A DNA stretch of 64,000 nt from an uncultured Acidimicrobiaceae bacterium (GTDB taxonomy: Bacteria > Actinomycetota > Acidimicrobiia > Acidimicrobiales > Bog-793): positions 912,972-976,971 of the forward strand of contig CAVPFA010000003.1 in assembly GCA_963703655.1 (NCBI GenBank), in the 5' to 3' direction. The notes below the pieces were generated by a model. The model did no database searches, was not told where the DNA came from, and saw nothing but the letters and a program-made list of their open reading frames with translations. This document shows positions 38,401-48,027 of the stretch, piece by piece. Numbering within the stretch: the first letter of the stretch is position 1; every line of letters begins with the position of its first letter. The position numbers and the translations under genes were made by a program.

Positions 38401-39013
38401 CCTGGGGGACGCGACGACCGCACGGGAGCACCTCGCGCTCGCGCTGGCGGTGTCCGAGAGCGACAACCTCCAAATGCGCGCCATGTACGAGGCTGCTGAC
38501 TGCAGGGTGTCGAGCGCAGAAGGAGACCACTCCCGCGCTCTCGGGGCGGCGAGGCGCGCGATCGACCAAGCGGGCGGGGGGGTTCTCTTCTTTGCTCACG
38601 AGGCGATCCGGTCCGCGTTCCCCGACGCCGTCGACGCTGCGATCGCTCTCTCCGACCTGGCCGAGGCCGAGAGGTTGACCGGGATCCTCGCCGCCCGCTC
38701 ACCGGGAGAGATCCCGCCGTTCCTCCGGGCGCAGGTCACCCGCGCCATGGCGCTCCTCGCAGCGGCACGAGGCCAGGACGAGGCCGTGGAAGAGAACCTT
38801 GCCGCCGCCGAGGCGACGTTCCGGGACCTCGGCTACCCCTACTGGACGGCCCGGGTGCAGCTCGACCGGGCGGAGTGGCTGGCCGGCCAGGGCCGCAACG
38901 AGGAGGCCGCAGGCCTCGCCGACGAGGCGGCCGCGACCTTCGAGCGGCTCGGGACGAGACCGATGCTCGTCCGTGCTCAAGCTATTTCGAAGGTGACGGC
39001 CGAGGTCGGCTGA
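35435..39013 (+). pseudogene. Class III adenylate/guanylate cyclase - AAA ATPase - TPR multidomain protein with N-terminal zinc-ribbons, interrupted by two single-nucleotide frameshifts (~37050 and ~38020). Occupies three ORFs: 35435..37084, 36739..38346, 37937..39013.
   Basis: CPSCGTEN/CPACGS zinc ribbons. CHD domain (FCDLVGFT...FIGDAVMAVWGAP). P-loop SGVAGVGKSRLA. TPR-like C-terminus. Reading-frame continuity (…GALSAV | DDGRLHLVGDLGELEIP and …FHELPEVLA | ALNSRGVHLAMMGRIEEA) is restored by 1-nt shifts in G/C runs. Confidence 0.7.
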
Positions 39014-39041
39014 TCGCCGGCCGGGCGTTGCAGCCGTCCGG

Positions 39042-42000
39042 TCAGTGGAAGTCCCTCGACGGGCCGACTGCCATCGCGAAGTCGACCTCCTCCAGGTACT
39101 CCGCCACCACGTTCGACGACGGGGGTGCCTCCGGGTCGGCCCCCTCACCTCGCTCGAGCCGCCCGCGAACGAGCAGCACGACCGCCGAGCGCGCCGCCTT
39201 GCGATAACGGGTCCAGCATCCAGGCGAGCAGATGACGTTCACGAGCCCCGTCTCGTCCTCCAGATTGAGAAACGTCGTCCCCCCTGCCGTAGCCGGCCGC
39301 TGCCTGTGGGTCACCACGCCGGCGACGAGGACCTTCGCGCCGTCGGGCACCCTCACGAGCTCGGCGTTGGGGACCACCCCCCGGCTGGCGAGCTTCTCTC
39401 GCGCGAAAGACATCGGGGAGGAACCTGGTGAGAGCCCGAGGGTCTGCAGGTCGGCGGACATCTCCTCGATCTCGTCCATCTCGCGAAGCGTCGGGGCCTT
39501 CGTCCCGACCACGGTGCCGGGAAGGCGGTCCGGACGAGCCTCGGCGGCTGCGCCCGCCGCCCAGAGCGCCTCGCGGCGGTTGAGCGGGCGGGATCTAGGG
39601 AGGCGGGCGGGAGCTCCGCCGCCCGAAGGATCGGTGCGGGATGCGGGTCCACCGAGCCCGGCGAGCGCCCCCGAAGTGGCGAGCCCCTCCAACGCGGGCC
39701 GGCCGATGCCGCTCCGGCGGACGAGATCCTCCATGTCCTCATACGGCCGCCCGGCCGCGATCTCAGAGGCGACGTCGTCGCCGACCCCCTTCACCGCGGC
39801 GAGCCCGAGCCGCACCAGCGGGCCGGCGCTCGTTCCCGCCCCCGGCACGACCGCGATCGGAGCCGGCCGGGGGGAGCCTGGCTCGAGCGAGGCCCCCGCC
39901 TCGCTCTTGTTCACGTCCGGGCCGAGGACGACGACCCCGTGGCGCCGGGCGTCGGCGACAAGGGTGTGCGGCGCCCAGAAGCCCATCGGCTGGGAGTTGA
40001 GAAGTGCTGCGAGGAAGGCGGCCGGATAGTGCAGCTTCAGCCACGCGCTCACATAGACCAGGTAGGCGAAGGACACCGAGTGGCTCTCGGGGAACCCGAA
40101 GTTGGCGAAGGCCGCCAGCTGCTCCCAGATGGTGTCCGCGATCTCGCCGGTGATCCCCCGCTCGGCCATCCCCTCATAGAGGCGGGAGCGGAGACGTTCC
40201 ATGCGCGAGGCGGACCGTTTTGAGCCCATGGCTTGACGGAGCTGATCGGCCTCGGCGGCCGAGAACCCGGCGGCGTCTATCGCCATCTGCATGAGCTGCT
40301 CCTGGAACAGCGGCACCCCGAGGGTCTTCTCCAAGCTGCGCTCGAAACAGGGATGCAGGTACGTCACCTCCTCCGCCCCGTTACGCCTGCGCAGGTAGGG
40401 ATGCACCGACCCTCCCTGGATCGGGCCCGGACGGATGAGGGCCACCTCGACGACGAGGTCATAAAAGCTGCGCGGCCGCAGCCGGGGCAGTGTGGCCATC
40501 TGGGCCCGGCTCTCCACCTGGAAGAGCCCGACCGAGTCGCCGCGGCACAACATGTCGTAGACGGCCTCCTCCTGGGGGATCATCGCGAGGTCGATCTCGT
40601 CGTGGTGGTAGGCGCCGACGGTATCGACGGCCCGGTGGATCGCCTCGAGCATCCCGAGGCCGAGGAGATCGAACTTCACGAGGCCGACCGCCGCGCAGTC
40701 GTCCTTGTCCCACTGGAGAACGGTCCGGTTCTCCATGCGGCCCCACTCGACCGGGCAGACCTCCGAGACCGGGCGGTCGCAGATCACCATGCCGCCGGGA
40801 TGGATGCCGAGGTGGCGGGGAAAGCCCTCCAGCTCGGTCGCCACCGCCAGCACCCGGACCGGGATCCCGAGCTCGCTCGCGGCCTCCTCGGGTCCGGGTT
40901 CGACGGCGACGTCGTCACGACCCGGGCGGCCGTCGCCGGCGGCGCCCCCTGCCGCGGTAAGCCGGGCGGCCTCGTCCTCGGCGGCGGCGCTCCACCACGT
41001 CCAGCGGTCCCTGCGATGCGGCGCGGACGGGTGGTGGGCGCCACTGAGTGAGCCCCACCGCTCGATGCGTTTCGCCCAGGCGTCGATCTGCCCGGGCGAG
41101 TGACCGAGCGCCTTGGCGGCGTCCCGCACGGCGGACCGGGCCCGGTAGCTCACGACGACGGCCACGAGCGCAGCCCGCTCCCGGCCGTAGCGTCCGTAGA
41201 CGTACTGGATGACCTCCTCACGCCGCCCGCTCTCGATGTCCACGTCGATGTCCGGCGGTCCGTCGCGCTCGGGTGAGAGAAAACGCTCGAACAACAGGCC
41301 GAGCGCGACGGCGTCCGCGTTGGTGATCCCGAGCACGTAACACACGGCCGAGCTCGCCGCGGAGCCCCGGCCCTGGCAGTAGATTCCCGACCGCCGGCAG
41401 AACTCGACGATGTCCCAGACGACGAGGAAGTAGCCCGCAAACCCAAGCTCCTCGATCATCGCCAATTCGTGCTCCAGCTGCCGCCATGCGCCGAGCACCC
41501 GCTCGGCTCCCGCCGGGCCATAGCGCCGGGTTGCCGCCTCCTCGACGAGCTGGCGCAGGAACGTCATCTCGCTGTGACCCGCAGGCACGGGAAAGTCGGG
41601 CAGCTTGGGGGCGACGAGGTGGAGGTCGAACGCGCACGCCCGCCCGAGCTCGGCCGCGAGCTCGACGGCTCCCGGGTAGCGGGCGAAGCGCCTGGCCTGC
41701 TCGGCTCCCGAGCGCAGATAAGCCGACCCTGCGGCGGGCAGCCAGCCGTCGAGCTCGTCGAGGGGGCGACCGGAGCGGACCGAGGCGAGCACCGAGGCGA
41801 GGCGCCCGCCCGCGGGGATCGCGTGGTGGACGACGTTCGTCGCGACGATGCCGAGGCCGCTGCGAACGGCCAGGGCGCCAAGGGCGTCGTTGCGCGCCGA
41901 GTCGAGTGGGTCGTCGTGGTCGAACAATTCGACGACGACGTTCTCCCGGCCGAAACGCTCGACGAGCCGGTCGAGCTCCCTCGCTGCCGCGCTAGGGCCG

Positions 42001-42527
42001 GCTTCGACGAGCGCGGCCGGCACCGCTCCCTTGCGGCAGCCCGTCAGCACGAGTAGGTGGCCTCCCGCGAGCTCGGCCAGGCGGTCGAGGTCGTGGAGCG
42101 GGCGACCCTTCTCGCCACCGGCGAGATGGCCTTCGCTGATGGCGCCGGCGAGGCGAGAGTAGCCCTCCGGATCGCGGGCGAGGGCGATCAGATGAGACCC
42201 GGGCGGGTCGGGGGTCCCGGTGCGCGGCGCCGCCGCGACGCCCGCGGGACCGGAGGCAGGGCCGCCGCCGGCGCCACGGATGCGCTCGGCTGCAGGGCCG
42301 CCGCCGGCGAGGCCGGCGAGGGTGAGCTCGGCACCGAAGACGGTGGGCACTCCCGCCGCTCTTGCCGCCTCCGAAAATCGCACCACGCCGTAAAGCCCAT
42401 TGTGATCGGTCAGCGCCAGAGCCCCGAGCTCGAGCCGGGCGGCTTCGGCGACGAGGTCCTCGGGGTAGGAGGCACCGTCGAGGAAGCTGAAATTCGAATG
42501 GCAGTGAAGCTCCGCGTACCCGACCAC
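39042..42527 (-). CDS. dnaE2: Error-prone DNA polymerase III alpha-subunit paralog DnaE2 (ImuC)
   Basis: PHP domain HCHSNFSFLDGA, polIII alpha core, 1161 aa. Perfect LexA box 24 nt upstream of the GTG start. Confidence 0.93.
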   Translation of the reverse strand: MVGYAELHCHSNFSFLDGASYPEDLVAEAARLELGALALTDHNGLYGVVRFSEAARAAGVPTVFGAELTLAGLAGGGPAAERIRGAGGGPASGPAGVAAAPRTGTPDPPGSHLIALARDPEGYSRLAGAISEGHLAGGEKGRPLHDLDRLAELAGGHLLVLTGCRKGAVPAALVEAGPSAAARELDRLVERFGRENVVVELFDHDDPLDSARNDALGALAVRSGLGIVATNVVHHAIPAGGRLASVLASVRSGRPLDELDGWLPAAGSAYLRSGAEQARRFARYPGAVELAAELGRACAFDLHLVAPKLPDFPVPAGHSEMTFLRQLVEEAATRRYGPAGAERVLGAWRQLEHELAMIEELGFAGYFLVVWDIVEFCRRSGIYCQGRGSAASSAVCYVLGITNADAVALGLLFERFLSPERDGPPDIDVDIESGRREEVIQYVYGRYGRERAALVAVVVSYRARSAVRDAAKALGHSPGQIDAWAKRIERWGSLSGAHHPSAPHRRDRWTWWSAAAEDEAARLTAAGGAAGDGRPGRDDVAVEPGPEEAASELGIPVRVLAVATELEGFPRHLGIHPGGMVICDRPVSEVCPVEWGRMENRTVLQWDKDDCAAVGLVKFDLLGLGMLEAIHRAVDTVGAYHHDEIDLAMIPQEEAVYDMLCRGDSVGLFQVESRAQMATLPRLRPRSFYDLVVEVALIRPGPIQGGSVHPYLRRRNGAEEVTYLHPCFERSLEKTLGVPLFQEQLMQMAIDAAGFSAAEADQLRQAMGSKRSASRMERLRSRLYEGMAERGITGEIADTIWEQLAAFANFGFPESHSVSFAYLVYVSAWLKLHYPAAFLAALLNSQPMGFWAPHTLVADARRHGVVVLGPDVNKSEAGASLEPGSPRPAPIAVVPGAGTSAGPLVRLGLAAVKGVGDDVASEIAAGRPYEDMEDLVRRSGIGRPALEGLATSGALAGLGGPASRTDPSGGGAPARLPRSRPLNRREALWAAGAAAEARPDRLPGTVVGTKAPTLREMDEIEEMSADLQTLGLSPGSSPMSFAREKLASRGVVPNAELVRVPDGAKVLVAGVVTHRQRPATAGGTTFLNLEDETGLVNVICSPGCWTRYRKAARSAVVLLVRGRLERGEGADPEAPPSSNVVAEYLEEVDFAMAVGPSRDFH

Positions 42528-42550
42528 GGGGCCCTCAGGACAGGGACTTT

Positions 42551-42567
42551 ACGAACATATGTTCGTA
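42551..42567. promoter_or_regulatory. LexA (SOS/Cheo-type) box ACGAACATATGTTCGT upstream of dnaE2, with an adjacent extra half-site (TAGAACATAT)
   Basis: Perfect 16-bp palindrome matching the Gram-positive/mycobacterial consensus CGAAC-N4-GTTCG. Confidence 0.8.
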
Positions 42568-42668
42568 GAACATATCCCCCAGGGGCAGGCCGGGCAACCG
42601 CCCCCTGGCCGTAGGCTCCACCCAGGGACTCTCAGCAAACTCACAGCTTTATCGGCCACAATGTCGGC

Positions 42669-43370
42669 GTGGTAGGAACAGAGACAGGCCCTCGCATTCT
42701 CGTCGTGGACGACGAGGAGTCCATCACCGAGCTGGTCTCGATGGCGCTCCGCTACGAAGGCTTCGACGTCGAGACCGCTTCCAGCGGGTACCGGGCCCTC
42801 GAGAAGATCGAGGCGTTCCGTCCCGACCTCATCATGCTCGACGTGATGCTGCCTGACATCGACGGCTTCAACATCGCCGAGCGTCTCCGGCGCGACCGGC
42901 GAGACATCCCGGTGCTCTTCCTCACGGCTCGCGACGCCACCGAGGACAAGATTCGGGGCCTCACGATCGGCGGCGACGACTACGTGACCAAGCCGTTCAG
43001 CGTCGCCGAGCTCGTAGCCCGCACCCACGCCATCCTTCGCCGCGCCGGCAAGGGCGGGCCCGCCCGCGAGCTGCTCGAATTCGCGGACCTCGAGATGGAC
43101 GACGACGCTCACGAGGTGCGACGCGCCGGCCAGCTCATCGACTTGACGGCAACCGAGTACAGGCTTCTCCGCTACCTGCTCGCGAACCCGCGCCGAGTGC
43201 TCACCCGCTCGCAGCTGCTCGACCACGTCTGGAACTACGACTTCGGCGGCGACGCCGGCGTGCTCGAGACCTACGTCAGCTACCTCCGAAAGAAGATCGA
43301 CTTCACCGAGCCGCATCTGATCCACACGGTCCGCGGCGTCGGTTACGTGCTCCGCCCGCCCCGGGCCTGA
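42669..43370 (+). CDS. OmpR-family response regulator (MprA/MtrA/TcrX-like)
   Basis: REC domain (VVDDEES...LDVMLPDIDG) plus winged-helix Trans_reg_C. Confidence 0.9.
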   Translation: MVGTETGPRILVVDDEESITELVSMALRYEGFDVETASSGYRALEKIEAFRPDLIMLDVMLPDIDGFNIAERLRRDRRDIPVLFLTARDATEDKIRGLTIGGDDYVTKPFSVAELVARTHAILRRAGKGGPARELLEFADLEMDDDAHEVRRAGQLIDLTATEYRLLRYLLANPRRVLTRSQLLDHVWNYDFGGDAGVLETYVSYLRKKIDFTEPHLIHTVRGVGYVLRPPRA

Positions 43371-43422
43371 CGAGCGTGTCCGTCGGTGAGCGACCCTTCC
43401 GGGTCAGCGACGGGGGCTGCTC

Positions 43423-45048
43423 GTGTCGTTGAAGGCACGCCTCATCGCTGTCCTGTGCGCGCTGGTGATCGTGGCCTTGGCGGCGACCGACGGCATCACC
43501 TATGCCTCGTTTCGCAGTTACGTCGTAGGCCAGCTCGACCAACAGCTCACGAAATCGGCGGACCTCGTAGTCCGCCAGCTCCTCGGCGCCGGCCAGTTCG
43601 GGGGCTCGCCCGGCGGCTCCGCCAATGAGTTCATAACGCCCGGCACGATGGCGGCGGAGCTGAACGCGAACGGTCAGCAGGTCGTCGCCTGGCAGTCCTG
43701 GGTCCAGACCTCGTTCCAGTCCTCGTTCGAGCCCGCGACGACATCGACTCCGGTTCTCCCTTCGACGCTCGCGACGCTTGCAGCCGGCCAGGCCGAGCCG
43801 TTCTACCGGACCGTGCCGGGCACCGGGAAGGTCCGGTCCTTCCGCGTGCTGCTCGCCAGCTTGTGCCTCCCGAACCAGAACGGTGTCTGCGTCAAGACCG
43901 GGAACGTCCTAGCAGAGGCGTTCCCGCTGACGGCGACCGACGCGACGCTCGGCCGCCTGCTCGAGCTCGAGCTTCTGGTCAGCGCCGCCATCCTCGTTGC
44001 GCTCGCCGCGGCAACCTGGCTCGTCATCCGCATCAGCCTGCGTCCCCTCCAGAACATGGCCGACACCGCCGGCGAGATCGCCGCCGGAGACCTGAGCCAG
44101 CGCGTCGAGCAGACCGACGGCCGGACCGAGGTGGGTCGGCTCGGCAGGGCGCTCAACGTGATGCTGGGCCGCATCGAGACGGCGTTCCGGGAGCGGGAGG
44201 CGTCAGAAGCCCGGCTGCGACGCTTTGTGGCGGACGCCTCGCACGAGCTGAGGACACCTCTCACCTCGATCCGAGGCTACGCGGAGCTGTTCCAGCACGG
44301 GTTGGCCGACCGCCCCGCAGACCTCGACACGGCGATGCGCCGGATCGACAGTGAGTCGACCCGGATGGCCGGACTCGTCGACGATCTTCTGCTCCTCGCC
44401 CGGCTCGACCAGAGGCGCCCGCTCGACCGCAAGCCGCTCGATCTCGTGGCGCTCGCGGCCGACGCTGCGGCGGACGCCCGCGTCGTCGACCCGTCCCGTA
44501 CCGTGACCCTCGAGTCGCCGGCCACGTGCCCGATCATCGGCGACGAGGGTCGGCTGCGCCAGCTGCTGGGGAATCTGGTTTCGAACGTGATGGCCTACAC
44601 GCCAGCCGGCAGCTCCTTCGAGATCGTCGTGTCCCTCGAGCCCTCGGATGAAACTGGTCCTTCCCGAGCCAGACTCTCGGTGGTGGACCACGGCCCAGGG
44701 ATCCCGCCTGAGGCCGGCGCACTCGTCTTCGAACGCTTTTGGCGATCGGACCCAGCCCGCGCCCGAGCGCAAGGTGGCGCCGGATTGGGGCTTTCGATCG
44801 TTCTGGCGATTGCCAATGCGCACGGCGGACGGGTCTGGCTCAGCGAAACGCCCGGGGGCGGCGCCACGTTCAGCGTCGAGCTCCCGACCGAGCCCGAGGC
44901 ACAGGCGAGCCCCTGGGGCGGCGAGGAGAGCTCCTTCGATCAGCCGAATCGCGATGAGGACGACGCCGTTCAGCTCCCCGTCGCCGGCGGCGCAGCACCA
45001 TTGGCGCATGCGCTCGTGGCGGACGCCGACAGCACAGAACGCTCCTGA
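43423..45048 (+). CDS. Sensor histidine kinase (2 TM, HAMP, HisKA, HATPase_c)
   Basis: H-box ADASHELRTPLTSIRGYAEL. G-boxes DHGPGIP, GGAGLGLSIV. Confidence 0.9.
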   Translation: MSLKARLIAVLCALVIVALAATDGITYASFRSYVVGQLDQQLTKSADLVVRQLLGAGQFGGSPGGSANEFITPGTMAAELNANGQQVVAWQSWVQTSFQSSFEPATTSTPVLPSTLATLAAGQAEPFYRTVPGTGKVRSFRVLLASLCLPNQNGVCVKTGNVLAEAFPLTATDATLGRLLELELLVSAAILVALAAATWLVIRISLRPLQNMADTAGEIAAGDLSQRVEQTDGRTEVGRLGRALNVMLGRIETAFREREASEARLRRFVADASHELRTPLTSIRGYAELFQHGLADRPADLDTAMRRIDSESTRMAGLVDDLLLLARLDQRRPLDRKPLDLVALAADAAADARVVDPSRTVTLESPATCPIIGDEGRLRQLLGNLVSNVMAYTPAGSSFEIVVSLEPSDETGPSRARLSVVDHGPGIPPEAGALVFERFWRSDPARARAQGGAGLGLSIVLAIANAHGGRVWLSETPGGGATFSVELPTEPEAQASPWGGEESSFDQPNRDEDDAVQLPVAGGAAPLAHALVADADSTERS

Positions 45049-45155
45049 AGCGTTCAACGCATTTCACCCCACGCAGGTTCGACCAGGGACAGTTGATGAG
45101 GCGTGCAGGGCAAGCCCTCAACTGGTCGTCGTGCCGTTCATACTCGAAAGAGAGA

Positions 45156-45662
45156 TCAGTTGTCGGCGCGATTCCCCGAGCCGCGCTCCATTATGTTTGT
45201 GTAAACGTGCTCTAGCGTCTCGGCCAATGGGAGGAGCACGTCCTCCGGGAGTCCGCGAAAGAAGACCTCTCGAACGAGCGTGACGTGTCCTCGACTTGCG
45301 TCCCGAAACCTCGCCTTTCCGCGATCCGTAACCGTTACCTCGGTGCCGCGTCTGTCGTTTGTTACTGGCCCTGTGGCGATCAATCCGCGCTCGGTCATCC
45401 GGCGCACTTGGTGGGAGGCTCGACTTCGTTCCCAGCCGATCTCGCGTGCGAGAGCAGAGATTCGGAGCCGTTGATCGGGCGCTTGGTGAAGCTTGCTCAG
45501 TACGTGGTAATCGGATAGGGAAAGGTCGCTCTCGGCAAGCAACTGGTGGTTCATCTCGTAGGTAAGTTGAAGATTGACCCGCATATATGCGAGCCACACG
45601 CGCAGCTGTTCGGCGTCAAGCTCGGGTTCCGACAGAGGTTCGTTCGGGCGAGGCTTTGCCAT
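45156..45662 (-). CDS. MarR-family transcriptional regulator
   Basis: wHTH LSLSDYHVLSKLHQ...RISALAREIGWERSRASHQVRRMTERGLI. Start taken at second ATG. Confidence 0.8.
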   Translation of the reverse strand: MAKPRPNEPLSEPELDAEQLRVWLAYMRVNLQLTYEMNHQLLAESDLSLSDYHVLSKLHQAPDQRLRISALAREIGWERSRASHQVRRMTERGLIATGPVTNDRRGTEVTVTDRGKARFRDASRGHVTLVREVFFRGLPEDVLLPLAETLEHVYTNIMERGSGNRADN

Positions 45663-45740
45663 GGCTCCATTCTGCGACGTTCTCTCGCTCCGCGCTCCTC
45701 GCAGAACGAGAGAACTATCTGCCAACCCACTGGTGAACGG

Positions 45741-46184
45741 TCAAGACGCCCATGGCAGCGAGACAGCGCCGAGTTGGCTCGCGAGCGTCGCCATGTCGTC
45801 AGCCGCCCACTCCTCGCTGATCTTCCCGTCGTCTCTGACCCTGTAGATGTCAACGGCATCCCATTGGACGCTGCGCCCTGTCGCAGGGATCCCAAGCAGG
45901 TCGCCATTCTGGGTCGCCGAGACGACGAGCCGCATGACAACAAGGTCATTGCTAGCAATCAGGTCCTGCTCCTCGGCCCGCAGGTCCGGGAGTGCCCCAA
46001 GGAACCCGGTGAGCAGTGCGGTCATATTCTCGACGCCGCTGACCGTTCCCAGCGAGCCGCCGTGCCAGACCACGTCTGGGGTGAAGTATTCCCTTGCCCG
46101 ATCCGGTCGGTGCCCATTGAAGACGACCTTCACGAAGTCGCGCGCCACCGCGACGCGTTGTTCAACGGTAAGTCTCTGGCTCAT
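45741..46184 (-). CDS. SnoaL-like polyketide cyclase / ester cyclase family protein
   Basis: NTF2-like fold motifs (FTPDVVWHGG...MRLV...DIYRVRDDGKISEEW). Confidence 0.75.
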   Translation of the reverse strand: MSQRLTVEQRVAVARDFVKVVFNGHRPDRAREYFTPDVVWHGGSLGTVSGVENMTALLTGFLGALPDLRAEEQDLIASNDLVVMRLVVSATQNGDLLGIPATGRSVQWDAVDIYRVRDDGKISEEWAADDMATLASQLGAVSLPWAS

Positions 46185-46207
46185 ACAGCACTCCCTTCAT
46201 TTGGAGG

Positions 46208-46249
46208 TAGGTGACGTGTCACTAACTGTAGGTGATACGTCACTAACAG
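46208..46249. promoter_or_regulatory. Tandem 21-bp direct repeat, each copy holding a palindromic core (TAGGTGACGTGTCACTAACTG / TAGGTGATACGTCACTAACAG), 24 bp upstream of the snoaL-marR operon start. Candidate MarR operator.
   Basis: Direct reading. GTGAC..GTCAC and GTGA....TCAC inverted cores. Confidence 0.5.
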
Positions 46250-46433
46250 TCAACGGTCGACTTCGCCCCAGGACAGAACGGCACGGCAGTTCCAACAAGA
46301 GACGACCGCCCCAGAAGTAGCGACCTCGAGGCGAGGTGACCCCCCGGCGGAACGCGCCACGGCCGCCCCTTCGCCCGTGGGCCTGGGCGTCGGGACGGCC
46401 GTCACGGTAGTCGTCCGGGGGGAAGCGAAGATC

Positions 46434-47864
46434 CTATGCGGGCGGCGCCGCTATCAGTGTGACACTCACGGTCTGGGTACCACCATTTGTATTCTCGAAT
46501 GTGACCGTTGCGCGGTCACCCGCACGCTGTTCGTGAATGAGGGTCGCCAACCTCTCCATTGTGGGAGTCGCGTGGCCGTTGAAGGCGACGATAACGTCAC
46601 CGGACTCGAGGCCGGCTCGTGCGGCCGGCGTCCCGAGCTGGACGTACTCGAGCCCGGCGCCCGACGCGGGTCCCGAGCCCTGCAGGGAGACCGTCTCTCC
46701 GGCGATCCCCAGGAAGGCCTCGGCGCCGATCACGATCCCATTGCCGCTCTTGCCCTGTTCGATGTTGTTCGCGACCTGAAGCACCCGGTTGATCGGCAAC
46801 GCGAAACTTATCGTCGAGGTGGGCCCGTCCGTGCTGGCTGCAGCCGTGTTCATGCCGATGACATCACCGGACGAGTCGATCAACGGACCGCCGGAGTTCC
46901 CCGGCTGGATCAGAGCGTCCGTCTGGATGACGCCTGTCAAGGTCTCGCTCGCTCCGGTCTCGTCGCCGGCGTTGATCGTCCGGCCGAGCGCCGTGACGGC
47001 CCCGCTTGTGACCGTAGACGGGAAGCCTTGGCCACCCGCGTTGCCGATGGCCACCACCGAGGTACCGATCTGAACAGAGGACGAGTTGCCGAACTTCACC
47101 GTCGGCAGTCCGCTGACGCCGCTCAGTTGTAGGACTGCCACGTCGGCTCCGGCATCGGTGCCGACGACGGTTGCGGTGTAGGTGCCGCGGTTGAGAACGG
47201 CGACCCTGATGGCGGTCGCCCCTTCGACGACGTGGTTGTTGGTGATGATCTCGCCCGTGGGCGTGGAGATGATGCCTGTCCCCTCGCCCAGGTTGGTATC
47301 GATGTCGACGACGGCGGGGTCGACCTCAGCGGCTATCTGGCCGGTCGTGAGCGATTTGCCGGCCGGAGACGAGGCCAGGGCTCCCGGCGTCGAGCCCTGG
47401 TTGTGCCCGAGTGCGTAGGCGATCCCGGCGCCGGCCCCGGCGCCGGCGAAAATGAGCACCGCCGCAGCGAGGGCAGCTAGCCTCCGGCCCCGCCTCGGAG
47501 TCCCCGGTTCGGCTGGCGAGCCGTAGCTCCCTGGGTCGTAGCCGCCGGGCTCGAAAACACCGGGTTCCCACCCGCCCTGGCCGGAACCGCCGGGGCCCGA
47601 ACTGCCCGGCCCGGAACTGCCCGACGCGTAGCCGCCAGGCCCGTAGCCGCCCGGCCCGAAACCGCCGGCCATGTAGTCATACTGTCGGTAACCGCCTGGG
47701 GTCTCTTCGCCAGGCGCCGAGTCGGCCGGAGTGGGCAGGGTCCAGGTCGGCTGGTCCGGCTCCATCGGCTCCGGCGACTCGGCTTCGTTGGATGGACGTT
47801 CCTGCTGGTCGTCTTCTCGCTCGTCCATCACTTCACCTCCGGTCGGGCGCTCGCTCGAGCGCAA
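46434..47864 (-). CDS. HtrA/DegP-family trypsin-like serine protease with C-terminal PDZ and Pro/Gly-rich (GGYGPGGY) N-terminal region (PepD-like)
   Basis: Catalytic His (TNNHVV), Asp (DVAVLQ), Ser (GNSGGPL). PDZ domain. Membrane anchor. Confidence 0.9.
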   Translation of the reverse strand: MRSSERPTGGEVMDEREDDQQERPSNEAESPEPMEPDQPTWTLPTPADSAPGEETPGGYRQYDYMAGGFGPGGYGPGGYASGSSGPGSSGPGGSGQGGWEPGVFEPGGYDPGSYGSPAEPGTPRRGRRLAALAAAVLIFAGAGAGAGIAYALGHNQGSTPGALASSPAGKSLTTGQIAAEVDPAVVDIDTNLGEGTGIISTPTGEIITNNHVVEGATAIRVAVLNRGTYTATVVGTDAGADVAVLQLSGVSGLPTVKFGNSSSVQIGTSVVAIGNAGGQGFPSTVTSGAVTALGRTINAGDETGASETLTGVIQTDALIQPGNSGGPLIDSSGDVIGMNTAAASTDGPTSTISFALPINRVLQVANNIEQGKSGNGIVIGAEAFLGIAGETVSLQGSGPASGAGLEYVQLGTPAARAGLESGDVIVAFNGHATPTMERLATLIHEQRAGDRATVTFENTNGGTQTVSVTLIAAPPA

Positions 47865-48027
47865 GGGCAGGTTGCCCCTCGATGCAGAGCTCGCCTCGTG
47901 GCGGCTCGAACATCGATCCCGATCATGCGACCTGGTACTCAGTTCTGCCTCAGTAGGAACTGTGAACCCCCTGTGAGTATTTCCGCGCTCTCGAGCAAGG
48001 CTCCGGGTTGGTGGTCAGCAAGCCGAG

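Noticed and set aside
45049-45155. Intrinsic terminator between convergent histidine-kinase and marR genes (AGGGCaaGCCCT hairpin)
   Set aside because: The stem is only 5 bp with no U-tract. That is too weak to call, although it may still act as a bidirectional terminator.
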